From: Candidatus Nanohaloarchaea archaeon
Lineage (GTDB): Archaea > Nanohalarchaeota > Nanosalinia > Nanosalinales > Nanosalinaceae
DNA: 64,000 bases
NCBI GenBank assembly: GCA_013343275.1
Contig: CP046106.1
Coordinates: 608,001-672,000 of the forward strand
Direction of reading: 5' to 3'
Shown: piece after piece, positions 9,008 through 20,744 of the stretch
How positions within the stretch are numbered: the first letter of the stretch is position 1
How the letters are laid out: each line of letters opens with the position of its first letter
The notes under the pieces: generated by a model
Database searches by the model: none
What the model saw: only the letters and a program-made list of their open reading frames with translations
Told to the model about the DNA's origin: nothing
Made by a program: the position numbers and the translations under genes

Positions 9008-10515
9008 TGGGAGAAGTAAAGCAACAGTATGAAGTAATAGCAGATCATGTACCTGCGGAAATTACTATAGAAGAGGAACCTGAGGAGTACGTCCTTAGGT
9101 ATAGGTTAAAGAGGCCGCAACCCAGCGTAGCTACAGAGGCACTACTTGACAGCGTTAGAGAAGAGGTAATTAACAAGGTTGATATTAATACCGATCAGCT
9201 GGATGACTCGGAGAACCTTAGCAAGACCAGAGAGATCTTCCGGGATAAAGCTGAAGAACTGCTCAAAGAGGAGCTCCCGGAGACAGATGACGAGAGAATT
9301 GAGGCTATGGTCGGCAATCTCATACATAGCATGCTCGGCCTTGGAGACGTGGAGATTCTCCTGAACGATAACCATCTCGAGGAAATCGTAATTAACAGCA
9401 GCGAGGAGCCAGCCTGGGTATATCACAAGGAGCTTGGATGGATGAAGACAGATATCACGTTCGAGAGCGAGGAGGAGATCTACAACTACGCCTCAGAGAT
9501 CGGAAGAGGAGTAGGTAAGAATATTTCCTCACTACATCCACTGTTAGACGCTCACCTGCCTTCTGGAGACAGAACAAATGCTACAATAAGTCCGATCTCC
9601 ACACAGGGGAACACAGTCACAATCAGAAAGTTTGCACGCGATCCATGGACAATCACCGACTTCATCGATATAGGGACCATCGATAAAGACGTAGCAGCAT
9701 TTCTCTGGCTATGCATACAGTACGAAATGAACATAATTGTATCAGGAGGTACAGGAGCCGGTAAGACATCACTGCTAAACGTTCTGACGCCTTTCATACC
9801 GCCAAACCAGAGAATTGTATCCATCGAGGACACAAGAGAGATCTCGCTACCAGAGTTCCTTCACTGGGTGCCTCTAACGACGAGAGAGGCAAATCCAGAG
9901 GGCCAGGGAGAGGTGTCAATGCAGGATCTGCTTGTAAACTCTCTGCGTATGCGTCCAGACCGCATACTGGTAGGAGAGATCCGACGTAAGAAACAGGCGG
10001 AAGTACTTTTCGAAGCAATGCAGACCGGCCACTCAGTATACTCAACGCTGCACGCAGACACTGCAGAGACCACAATCAAGAGAATGACCAACCCCCCAAT
10101 AGATGTACCTGAGACAGTTGTAGAGGCTGTCGACCTGAACGTAGTCATGTTCCGTGACCGTAGAAGAAACTTCCGACGTGTACTTGAAGTGGCGGAGATA
10201 CTTGAAGATGACGAAGAGGAAGGCCTAGACGCGAACAAACTCTACACCTGGGACTCAAAAGAGGATGAAATACATAGAGAGAACGACTCCAAGGAGATCA
10301 TGGATAAACTTGAGATGCTTACCGGCCTGGATCAGGACGAACTGATGGATAACCTGCGGGAGAAACGGCAGGTTCTCTCCTGGATGATAGAACACGAGGT
10401 AGACTCTGTGGAAGGAGTAGGCCGTGTAGTGGCAGAGTACTACTCCCACCAGGACAAAGTCGTTGAGGCAGCCGAGCAAAACAAAGATCCATCGGAGATT
10501 ACACGCGGGGGCTGA
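9007..10515 (+). CDS. type II/IV secretion (CpaF/PilB-like) pilus assembly ATPase
   Basis: Walker A GGTGAGKT, SIEDTRE, LRMRPDRILVGEIR, His box TGH..STLHA. Confidence 0.95.
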   Translation: MGEVKQQYEVIADHVPAEITIEEEPEEYVLRYRLKRPQPSVATEALLDSVREEVINKVDINTDQLDDSENLSKTREIFRDKAEELLKEELPETDDERIEAMVGNLIHSMLGLGDVEILLNDNHLEEIVINSSEEPAWVYHKELGWMKTDITFESEEEIYNYASEIGRGVGKNISSLHPLLDAHLPSGDRTNATISPISTQGNTVTIRKFARDPWTITDFIDIGTIDKDVAAFLWLCIQYEMNIIVSGGTGAGKTSLLNVLTPFIPPNQRIVSIEDTREISLPEFLHWVPLTTREANPEGQGEVSMQDLLVNSLRMRPDRILVGEIRRKKQAEVLFEAMQTGHSVYSTLHADTAETTIKRMTNPPIDVPETVVEAVDLNVVMFRDRRRNFRRVLEVAEILEDDEEEGLDANKLYTWDSKEDEIHRENDSKEIMDKLEMLTGLDQDELMDNLREKRQVLSWMIEHEVDSVEGVGRVVAEYYSHQDKVVEAAEQNKDPSEITRGG

Positions 10516-10518
10516 CGT

Positions 10519-11361
10519 ATGGAGCTTAACTCCGAAAAACTTCTTCTACCGCTGGCCCAGAAGTCACACAAAGCTGTTCCACAGCTTGAAAGAGATCTGA
10601 TGACGGCAAGGATTGATCAGGAGCCAGAAGAATACCTTTCAGATGCAATCTCCAAGTCATTCAAAGTCGGCATACCTTCAGGCCTCAGCCTGTTATTCGC
10701 TGGCTACAACATAAGCAACCAGACAATGATGCTGATGGGTGCAGCGGCACTACCTCTGCTGACGATAATGGCCTTCCTGACTTTTGCCAACTACCCGAAA
10801 ATCCAGACTAACAAGAGAACCCGTAAACTCGAAAAGGACCTTCCATACGCACTTAGAGACATGCTTATCGAAGTTAAATCAGGCATCCCATTATACGATG
10901 CAATGCAGACCGTTACAGAGGGATATGGGGAGGCCTCCGAAGAGTTCCAGAGGATTGTAAGAGATATTGACGGAGGTAAATCAATGGTAAAGGCCCTTGA
11001 AGAATCCATTGTTAGAAACCCTAGTGAGGAGTACCGCCGGGCCATGTGGCAGCTCAACAACTCTATAAAATCCGGGACAGATGTGGCCCTGGCGCTGGAT
11101 TCGATCGTAGATTCTATTATCAAGAAACAGAAGCTGCAGATCAAGAAATACGGTAAAGAACTTAATCCATATATCCTTATCTACCTGCTAATCGCTGTTA
11201 TTGGGCCTAGCCTAGGAATTACAGGCCTGATCGTAATCTCCAGCTTCACAGGCACCAAAGTAGGAACAACTACATACGCAGGAATACTTGGAGGAATGAT
11301 AGTCTTCCAGCTGTTCTTCCTCAACCTGATTAAATCCAAGAGACCGGAGGTAAAAGCATGA
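10519..11361 (+). CDS. type II secretion F-domain (TadB/PilC-like) platform protein
   Basis: LEKDLPYALR..KSGIPL F-domain, TM helices, operon context. Confidence 0.88.
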   Translation: MELNSEKLLLPLAQKSHKAVPQLERDLMTARIDQEPEEYLSDAISKSFKVGIPSGLSLLFAGYNISNQTMMLMGAAALPLLTIMAFLTFANYPKIQTNKRTRKLEKDLPYALRDMLIEVKSGIPLYDAMQTVTEGYGEASEEFQRIVRDIDGGKSMVKALEESIVRNPSEEYRRAMWQLNNSIKSGTDVALALDSIVDSIIKKQKLQIKKYGKELNPYILIYLLIAVIGPSLGITGLIVISSFTGTKVGTTTYAGILGGMIVFQLFFLNLIKSKRPEVKA

Positions 11362-12335
11362 GCAGATCACTTATCAAAGGCATATTTGAGCTAAATCCTC
11401 AGGCCTTCAAGGACACTGTTGAAGAAGAGGCAAAGTACGCAGACATAGAGGACTACGAGCACACAAGCCTGTACCTCAGCCTCCTAGGGATATTTATATC
11501 AGGAGTAATTGCTGCCCTGATACCTATGTCGCTCAAGGTCAAAGCAGGCATATTTATAGGCCTGGGAAGTATATCCTACTTCTTTACCCCTTATATTGTA
11601 ATATCTCTACTGGCTCAGAAGAGAAAGAACGAGATGGAGAGAGTCCTACCAGATGCACTGCTCCTCATAAGTACAAACCTGAAGTCAGGCTCCAGCATTA
11701 ACCGTGCATTCCTTATCAGCGCGAGAGACGAGTTTGGGCCTCTTGCAGATGAACTAAGGAAGACTGCAATAGAAATCTCCGGAGGTAAGTCAGTTACAGA
11801 AGCACTTGACTCCATGAGAGAAAGAGTTAAGTCAGAACTGTTCGCAGATACTCTGAAAGTACTTTCAGATGCTCTTGAGTCAGGAGGTAATACAGCAGAG
11901 CTGCTGGAGTCAAGTGCAGATGATATAAGGAGCTCTCTAGAGCTTAGAGAGGAAATACAGTCCAGTATCCGTATGTACGTCATGTTTATCCTTATGGCTG
12001 CAGTAGTTGGCGCACCAATCCTCTTCTCAATCACCGTATACATGTCCCAGACTACCAGTCAGATGTGGGAGCAGACCAATCTGCAGGATGCCAACCAGTT
12101 CGCATCAGGGGGAACCGGAGGTCTCTCCTTCTCACAGCCACAGGTAAACACAGAATTCCTGATCTTCTTCTCGATTGCTGCCCTCATAATATCCAACAGC
12201 TTTGCAGGAATGATAATTTCGCAGATCAAAAACGGAAACATACGTGAAGGTGCTAAATACATACCCTTCACAGTCACTATATCCGTAGCTATATTCCTGG
12301 GTGTTAAGACTGCTGTAACCACAGCTCTCGGATGA
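11358..12335 (+). CDS. type II secretion F-domain (TadC/PilC-like) platform protein
   Basis: MERVLPDALL..LKSG, FGPLADE and SGGN motifs; TM helices. Confidence 0.9.
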   Translation: MSRSLIKGIFELNPQAFKDTVEEEAKYADIEDYEHTSLYLSLLGIFISGVIAALIPMSLKVKAGIFIGLGSISYFFTPYIVISLLAQKRKNEMERVLPDALLLISTNLKSGSSINRAFLISARDEFGPLADELRKTAIEISGGKSVTEALDSMRERVKSELFADTLKVLSDALESGGNTAELLESSADDIRSSLELREEIQSSIRMYVMFILMAAVVGAPILFSITVYMSQTTSQMWEQTNLQDANQFASGGTGGLSFSQPQVNTEFLIFFSIAALIISNSFAGMIISQIKNGNIREGAKYIPFTVTISVAIFLGVKTAVTTALG

Positions 12336-12367
12336 ATAATATAAAGGAGCTAAACCTAGAATAAGAC

Positions 12368-12838
12368 ATGACCATGGACTATTTCAACCAGACCCGTAAA
12401 GGTCAGTCCGCAATTGAGTATCTGACCACTTACGGTTGGATGCTTTTGGTCGTCGCTATTGTAGGAGGAGCAATCTTCACAACAGTACAGGGACAGACAA
12501 ATATCTCAAACTCGTCTGGTTTCTCTAACGCAGACGTGAGAATCTCCCAATTTGGAATGACTTCTGACGGGCTATCAGTTGAATTTAGGGCTGCTGCATC
12601 ACAGGCAGTAACAATCAACCAAGTAAATATCACCGAAGAAGGTACTCCAACAAATGGGATGAACAGGACAGGGTTAAGCATAACCATTCCTGTCGGAGAA
12701 ACCAAGACTGTCCAGTTCGATAACTTCACAGAGGGCAACACCCAAAGAACCTACAATGTTGACGTAGTTTACGACAGCGGCGGTATACCAGACCTAATAG
12801 TATCGGGTACAATCACAGGTACTATGACAACCAACTAG
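12368..12838 (+). CDS. archaeal type IV pilin (class III signal peptide), likely major pilin
   Basis: RKG/QSAIEYLTTYGWMLLVVAIV; own TATA (ATATAAA at about 12339). Confidence 0.9.
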   Translation: MTMDYFNQTRKGQSAIEYLTTYGWMLLVVAIVGGAIFTTVQGQTNISNSSGFSNADVRISQFGMTSDGLSVEFRAAASQAVTINQVNITEEGTPTNGMNRTGLSITIPVGETKTVQFDNFTEGNTQRTYNVDVVYDSGGIPDLIVSGTITGTMTTN

Positions 12839-12863
12839 AATTAAATATCCTTTTTCTTTATTC

Positions 12864-14009
12864 TTATCTAGCTAATCCCGAAATCCCAAGTCTACTCGCG
12901 ATACTATCACTCAACCGGAACCAAGGAATCATATTGCCCCGACCGTAACTGACACCTGCTACTTCCACTAGAGTGCCCGCGCCGTTGAAGTATTCATAGC
13001 CGACTGAGGATGTGGAGTTACTAGCTGATATTTCTGTCTCGTTGATGAAAGTGGCGACCGAGCCATTGTAATTTACAGTATTGTTCGCGAAGCGTTCCTC
13101 AACGCCAGGATATCCTGAGACAGCTAGGTAGCAGCTTTCTGAAATAATCTCTCTAAAGTGAGATCTGTATACTTCACCTTCGTGCACAATAAGAGGTTCA
13201 GAATCATCGATAGTACTGATATTTACGTTGGATGCATATACAGAGTTGTAGGAACCTGAAATACTTGACTGGCTGGTAACTATAGCTGCAAACCCATCCG
13301 TTTCTGATGTAGTGTAGTTCGAAGGATTAGATGTCACAAGCACCCTCTCTATAGGATCAGATATAGAGGCCATAGAAGGCTCAACAGCTGCTCTACCGTA
13401 GCCTGTTCCATTATAGTCAGAGGCAGAAATAGTTAGGGATTCTGAGATAGGAGAACTGAAGCCACACTTGTTGAAGCTAGCTTCGTAACCCCTGGAAACA
13501 AGATAAGGATCTCTAACACTAGTAATAGGCCTGGAAGTGTCAAAAGTAGAGTTAACTATAGTTTGCCTTTCCCTCCCATTATAATTTATACTCAGAGCTG
13601 TTTCCACTCTCAGCGTGAGATTGGAGATTTCCACCGATACCTGAGATAGTTGAGAGGAAAGTCTGAATCCTGAGTTTTCAGCCAAGGCCTCTGATCGAGA
13701 CTCCCACTGATTAAAGGTATAATTAGATACTCTATCGCCATTGAAAGTACCGGATACAAACACATTCTCCGAGGCGTTCTCTACATTATCAACAACAATA
13801 CTATTGGAGATAGAGTAGTTGGCGAGGTTTCGAAGCGCAGTCTGAGCGAACAGACCTTGATTCTGGCGCCACGATACCCGGTAACTGTCCAGTACATTAC
13901 TCGATGCGTAGTCTGTATCCTGTTTCTCAAGGCCTCCAGGAACTGTTATCAGGCCGAGCATAACTACTGCTGCTACAAGAGCGAATGGAGTGTATGCGAG
14001 GCCTTTAAT
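12864..14009 (-). CDS. large pilin-associated/adhesin-like protein; probable ATT start (first ATG 13961)
   Basis: Extending the frame gives (I)KG/LAYTPFALVAAVVML, a prepilin-like N-terminus coupled to the upstream stop; S/N/T-rich. Confidence 0.75.
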   Translation of the reverse strand: MKGLAYTPFALVAAVVMLGLITVPGGLEKQDTDYASSNVLDSYRVSWRQNQGLFAQTALRNLANYSISNSIVVDNVENASENVFVSGTFNGDRVSNYTFNQWESRSEALAENSGFRLSSQLSQVSVEISNLTLRVETALSINYNGRERQTIVNSTFDTSRPITSVRDPYLVSRGYEASFNKCGFSSPISESLTISASDYNGTGYGRAAVEPSMASISDPIERVLVTSNPSNYTTSETDGFAAIVTSQSSISGSYNSVYASNVNISTIDDSEPLIVHEGEVYRSHFREIISESCYLAVSGYPGVEERFANNTVNYNGSVATFINETEISASNSTSSVGYEYFNGAGTLVEVAGVSYGRGNMIPWFRLSDSIASRLGISGLAR

Positions 14010-14469
14010 CCCAGACCACCACTTTAGCAGAGTTGTAAACAGTTTTAGAGGAGCTTCTGTAAGGGATAAATACTGTATGCGCTCTTATCTCCTCGGCGCC
14101 GGCCATAGTTGAAGTATTGTATACCAGCCTGTTGCCCGTACTGTTAGAGAGGTACAGCGAGGCCTCATAGCTGAACTGCTTTAAGTACTGTCTCGCAATA
14201 TCACGGGATAGAGAAGTATCGCCTCGAGCATAGGTATTTCTGATTGCTACAATCACAGAGTCATTTAGGTCTTTATAGATTATAGAGTCATTCAGTTCGC
14301 CTACAGGCTGTTTAAGAGCGTTGATAGCACTGTTCTCTCCTTCGTCAACTGTTGGCCCCATGTTTTCTATTGCATAGGTTCTGAAGACCAGCAGTATCAA
14401 TGCAGAGAGCACCATGAGTGCGAGCAGTGCGTCAAGGGAAAAGTAAAAGCCTTTAGATTTCAGCTCCAT
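14005..14469 (-). CDS. minor pilin-like protein
   Basis: KSKG/FYFSLDALLALMVL class III-like signal; C-terminal VVVWD. Confidence 0.8.
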   Translation of the reverse strand: MELKSKGFYFSLDALLALMVLSALILLVFRTYAIENMGPTVDEGENSAINALKQPVGELNDSIIYKDLNDSVIVAIRNTYARGDTSLSRDIARQYLKQFSYEASLYLSNSTGNRLVYNTSTMAGAEEIRAHTVFIPYRSSSKTVYNSAKVVVWD

Positions 14470-14969
14470 TCGGAATAAACCGCCTCCATTAATGCTATTT
14501 CCCCAGATTTATTTACAGCCACAGTTTCTCTCAAGGTAACTATATCACCGGACTGATTTATTTCCGAGCCTATAGTCATTTTCTGTCCCTTGAAACTTGC
14601 TACAGATCCATTATTCATGAATGTCAGGTTGTAGAAAGCGTTCTTGAACATTCTGTTCCTCCGGGTAGCACTTATATTCTTTAGATCCAGAAACTTGCCT
14701 GCATCGATATAACCAGACTCTTTCAGGCCAGGAACCATGACATTAGATTCATTCCAGTCACTTGGATAGCCCTGCGTTTCAAGTAATAGCGTCTTGGTTC
14801 TCTGAGCATTATTAACTAGGTCTTCTCTACCTTGGGAAAAATTGCTCTCCACCAGATTATTCCAGCTTATCATGAAGAAGAATAGTATAAATGAGAAGAT
14901 GACTACGCTAGAGATGAAGTCTGGCAGGAATACCTGTCCTTTATCTTTCCTGGAAATAGACACTTCCAT
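14460..14969 (-). CDS. minor pilin-like protein
   Basis: KG/QVFLPDFI plus hydrophobic helix; GYPSDWN motif. Confidence 0.8.
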   Translation of the reverse strand: MEVSISRKDKGQVFLPDFISSVVIFSFILFFFMISWNNLVESNFSQGREDLVNNAQRTKTLLLETQGYPSDWNESNVMVPGLKESGYIDAGKFLDLKNISATRRNRMFKNAFYNLTFMNNGSVASFKGQKMTIGSEINQSGDIVTLRETVAVNKSGEIALMEAVYSEWS

Positions 14970-15327
14970 TGTTAACCACCTCATATCTTCCTCCTGATTT
15001 TATCTGGATAACGCGGCCTTCGTAATTGTTGAGAGACCTGACTACCTCTCCTCCTATCAATATTCTTGTCGTACCAGATTCAACTGTTATACTGTAGTCC
15101 TCCGAAGAGATCTGTAGAGGAAGTCTGACGTTGAAAGAGGTATTTTTCTTCGTAAGGGCATATTCTGCAATATACGAAACCCTAGAGGCAAGTTCTTCGG
15201 CCTCTCTTTCCTCCTCGGTCTGAAGATAATTCGCCTGTTTATCCTGCAGAACACCCATCAGAACTGCGGATACGAAAAGCGTGAAGGAAAGATATGCGAT
15301 AAACTCTACGCTTACCTGGCCTTTCAT
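14941..15327 (-). CDS. minor pilin-like protein
   Basis: MKG/QVSVEF class III signal peptide. Confidence 0.85.
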   Translation of the reverse strand: MKGQVSVEFIAYLSFTLFVSAVLMGVLQDKQANYLQTEEEREAEELASRVSYIAEYALTKKNTSFNVRLPLQISSEDYSITVESGTTRILIGGEVVRSLNNYEGRVIQIKSGGRYEVVNNGSVYFQER

Positions 15328-15755
15328 CCAACCACCGACACATTAATCTGGTCTTTCCAGAGTTGGACTGCTACCTTCGGCTTGCCTTCTCCTTCCAGTT
15401 CGCTCGCGTTCTGCAGGACCACTCTCCTGTCAAAGATCCTGCTCCTGTTAGTCATTTCACCCCTCTGCTGTACATTAAATATTATAGCAGACCTGTCCGC
15501 AAACTGCTTTGACCGTACATCAACTACACTAGAAGGGATGTCAACCCGGAAAGTAGTTTTAGTGGGGGCAGAGTACTTTGAAACAAAATTAACGCCGCTC
15601 TCAATTTTATCAAGAGAACTTTCAACCCTTAGAAGCTTTGAACCAGTCTGGAGATCAAGTACAGCATCCTGGGAGGTCAATATAAACGGGGATGCAAGAA
15701 CCATGGCCATACCTATAACCATGATCAACTCGATAGAGGACTGGCCTTTCATCAT
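15324..15755 (-). CDS. minor pilin-like protein
   Basis: MKG/QSSIELI class III signal peptide. Confidence 0.85.
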   Translation of the reverse strand: MMKGQSSIELIMVIGMAMVLASPFILTSQDAVLDLQTGSKLLRVESSLDKIESGVNFVSKYSAPTKTTFRVDIPSSVVDVRSKQFADRSAIIFNVQQRGEMTNRSRIFDRRVVLQNASELEGEGKPKVAVQLWKDQINVSVVG

Positions 15756-15809
15756 TAAAGAAGTACTTTATTTCCAAGTTTAAAATCCTAAACCACCAAA
15801 TACCAATAC

Positions 15810-16346
15810 ATGACAACTCTTGAACAGGGCCAGAAAGCGCCAAGATTTGAACTTGAAGACTACCAGGGCCAGACAGTTGCTCTCTCCGACCTCGATAACT
15901 ACGATGGAGTGCTGGTAATATTCATGTGCAACCACTGTCCATATGTACAGGCCGAGGTACCGGAGATCAAGAAACTGAACGATGAGTTCTCTTCTATCGC
16001 AATCGTCGGTATCAACCCCAATGCAGAGACTCATCCAATGGACTCCGAGAAGAAAATGCCGGAGTTCGTCGAGGAGAAAGGCCTTGACTCTCCGCACTTC
16101 TACTACCTTTCAGACCCTGATCAGGAAGTTGCCAAAGAGTTCGGAGCCGAATGCACACCCGACCCATTCCTCTTAGACATGCGCCACCGGCTTTTCTACC
16201 ACAGCAAACTCAACGACAAGGCCGGCCCGGACGACGAAGTCGAAGACAGGTATATGAAAGAAGCAATACAGAAAATGCTGAAAAAACAGGATCCACCAGA
16301 GGCCCACGAAGAACCTGTAGGATGCTCAATCAAGTGGAAAGAATAA
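15810..16346 (+). CDS. thioredoxin-like AhpC/TSA family protein
   Basis: FMCNHCPYV, GAECTPDPF and GCSIKW motifs. Confidence 0.92.
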   Translation: MTTLEQGQKAPRFELEDYQGQTVALSDLDNYDGVLVIFMCNHCPYVQAEVPEIKKLNDEFSSIAIVGINPNAETHPMDSEKKMPEFVEEKGLDSPHFYYLSDPDQEVAKEFGAECTPDPFLLDMRHRLFYHSKLNDKAGPDDEVEDRYMKEAIQKMLKKQDPPEAHEEPVGCSIKWKE

Positions 16347-16427
16347 AGAAAAAGTGTTCTCAGCCAAGGAAGTTGAGGCAGGGAATAAAATATTCGGGCA
16401 TTAATAGAGGTACTAGGCGATTGAAAA

Positions 16428-16988
16428 ATGGATTATACTATTGAGCCGTCGGCGGAGAATTTTCGTGAGGTCCGTGATACTGTAGAAGGTATTTTGCAGA
16501 CCTGTAGCGCGGTTCTCTCCAAGGATTCTGATTTGAAGGTAAACCTGAGCTGGGGCGACAGCAACAGCCCCAATGTTTTCTCTGAGGACGAGGCCCGGAT
16601 TAATGTCTCTGTTGGAGAGGGCTGGAAGGAAGAACTTAAGCAGACGGTTGCTCAGGCATATGCCCAGTCCTGGTTCCTGGAGTACAAGTCTAACTCCTAT
16701 CACTGGGAGGAGCTGTTGATGCTGGGTCATTCTCTGCGTTTCGCGGAGAACATCACTGAGAAGCAGCCGGAACTTGATCCAAAAGATGAAGTTGCCGAGA
16801 ACTGGCCTGTTCTGCGCGAAGAAGTTCAGCTATCTCTTGTAGAGGAAACTGAGGAGATGAGTTACTACGGCTTCAGTCTGGCCTATTACCTGGCTGAGGA
16901 GCTGGAAGAGGTTCACGGCCTGAAAAACTTCCCTGAGCTGACTATGTCAGATCTGCTGGATGCTGGAGACCGTATTTTCAGAGATTAG
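16428..16988 (+). CDS. hypothetical protein (possibly a degenerate DUF2268-like metallopeptidase fold)
   Basis: Acidic ORF with SD; helix pattern resembles the family but HExxH is absent. Confidence 0.7.
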   Translation: MDYTIEPSAENFREVRDTVEGILQTCSAVLSKDSDLKVNLSWGDSNSPNVFSEDEARINVSVGEGWKEELKQTVAQAYAQSWFLEYKSNSYHWEELLMLGHSLRFAENITEKQPELDPKDEVAENWPVLREEVQLSLVEETEEMSYYGFSLAYYLAEELEEVHGLKNFPELTMSDLLDAGDRIFRD

Positions 16989-17098
16989 AGGCATAGCTGG
17001 TTTTTCAGCGGATCGCAAGCTCTACCGAAGATTAGAAAAGGTTAAGCATCTATAATAGGAATGCTTCGAGCAGTTTGAGAACGAGGTGTTTTAACAAA

Positions 17099-17494
17099 AT
17101 GCAGTTTGATGACTTCGTGGGCGAGGTTCAGAATCGTTTGGAACAGGGTTCAAAAGCAGAAGCAGTTCGGTCAAGCCGTGCAGTGCTGACAACTATAGGA
17201 GAGTACCTGCAGGAAGGAGAAGACGAGGATCTGGCTGGAAGCCTTCCAATGGAGATAGATTTCTATGTTTTGAACGCGGAAAGCGGCCAGCGCATGGACT
17301 GGTCGGAGTTTGTTGAAAGAGTCAGCGCCAGAGAAGATGGACTGGATGAGGCCGATGCAGCATACCATGCCAGAGAGATAGTGGACTTCCTTCAGGAGAT
17401 AGTTCCTGGCGGTGAGTTCCAGGATCTGAGAGATAACTTCGAGCCAGAGGTAGAGCAGGAGTTGTTCGAACTGGTAGATCAGAGAGGTCGGTGA
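17099..17494 (+). CDS. DUF2267 family protein
   Basis: FVGEVQNRL..RAVLTT..LAGSLP..EFVERVSARE pattern. Confidence 0.85.
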   Translation: MQFDDFVGEVQNRLEQGSKAEAVRSSRAVLTTIGEYLQEGEDEDLAGSLPMEIDFYVLNAESGQRMDWSEFVERVSAREDGLDEADAAYHAREIVDFLQEIVPGGEFQDLRDNFEPEVEQELFELVDQRGR

Positions 17495-17501
17495 GTAACT
17501 G

Positions 17502-18236
17502 ATGACCCGAATTAAAGAAGTGGACGACAGCATCGATCCTGAAGGGTTCACTCTTGTAGAGGGTTTTCCTGGTACAGGCCTTGTAGCCAAGATCTCCGCT
17601 GACTACATCAAGGATCATCTGGATATGGATCTTTACGCAGAGGTTTACAGCGAGGAAATACCGAGTATCTCTGTCTTTGAGCAGGGAAGCAGAAATCTGA
17701 AGCCTGCTGTCTGTATATACGCTGATCCAGAGAATGAGTTACTGGTTCTCAAGTGTGATGCCCCTGTCTCTGCGAAGGCAGATGGTTTTATCTCCGGACT
17801 GACAGACTGGATTGATGGAAACAACATCACCCCTATCTACCAGCTCGGAATCCCTTCCAGAAGCGACGAGAAAAAAGTTTTCGGAGTTTCCATCGGCGAT
17901 GCTGAGAAAGAATTGGATGCAGCAGAAGTACCTAAGCCTGAGACTGTAGGAGGTATTTCAGGGCCAACGGGAGCAGTACTTGAGCGTTCTCAGGAAGAAG
18001 AGATTTCGAGTATAGGATTGACTGTTAGCTGTGCTGAACAGCTTCCGGATCCTGAAGCCGCCCGGACTCTTATTGAAGAAGCTATTGAACCGATAACAGG
18101 TATAGATCTTGATACCCAGCAGTTAGCTGAAACCGCCGAGCAGATAAAGGAGCAGAAGAAGAAGCTGGCGGAGAAAATGCAGCAGGCCCAGCGAGATGAA
18201 ACCAGTCAGGCCTACCCAGAAGAGCTATACAAGTAA
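17502..18236 (+). CDS. PAC2-family proteasome assembly chaperone
   Basis: LVEGFPGTGLVAKI, ISGPTG and PDPEAA motifs. Confidence 0.9.
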   Translation: MTRIKEVDDSIDPEGFTLVEGFPGTGLVAKISADYIKDHLDMDLYAEVYSEEIPSISVFEQGSRNLKPAVCIYADPENELLVLKCDAPVSAKADGFISGLTDWIDGNNITPIYQLGIPSRSDEKKVFGVSIGDAEKELDAAEVPKPETVGGISGPTGAVLERSQEEEISSIGLTVSCAEQLPDPEAARTLIEEAIEPITGIDLDTQQLAETAEQIKEQKKKLAEKMQQAQRDETSQAYPEELYK

Positions 18237-18261
18237 CAAACCTTTCCTGCTCTCTTCTTTT

Positions 18262-18675
18262 TTATACAACTGTCACTGGCACGTCAGTCGTTCTCAGGAC
18301 TTTGTCAGCAGTACTTCCAAGCAGAAGATTATCAATGCCAGTATTTCCTGTAGAACCTATAATTATGCCGTCAATATCATGCTCTTCGACGTAATCAGCT
18401 ATCTCCTCATGCGGCACGCCATGTACTACATCAGCTTTCACATCAAGGCCTTCCTCTTCGGCCTCTTCCTGCTGATCCTCCACCATTTCAATCCTGGCCT
18501 TCTCCAGCTGGTTAACTGCTGAAGGAGCCATTCCATTGAGGTTGTCGTTTCTCTGATCTATGACGTTCACTATATGTAGTTCGGCGCTGTGGGTTTCGGC
18601 GACAGTCTCAGCCATCTCAAGCGCTTTCTCAGAACGGTCGCTGCCATCCGTAGGCACCAGAATTTTATCGTACAT
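18262..18675 (-). CDS. universal stress protein
   Basis: ILVPTDGS and LLGSTADKVLR..VPVTVV motifs. Confidence 0.95.
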   Translation of the reverse strand: MYDKILVPTDGSDRSEKALEMAETVAETHSAELHIVNVIDQRNDNLNGMAPSAVNQLEKARIEMVEDQQEEAEEEGLDVKADVVHGVPHEEIADYVEEHDIDGIIIGSTGNTGIDNLLLGSTADKVLRTTDVPVTVV

Positions 18676-18713
18676 AGACCCTATTTACCGCAGGAATCTT
18701 TTAGGCCTTTTTA

Positions 18714-20744
<2,031 letters not shown>

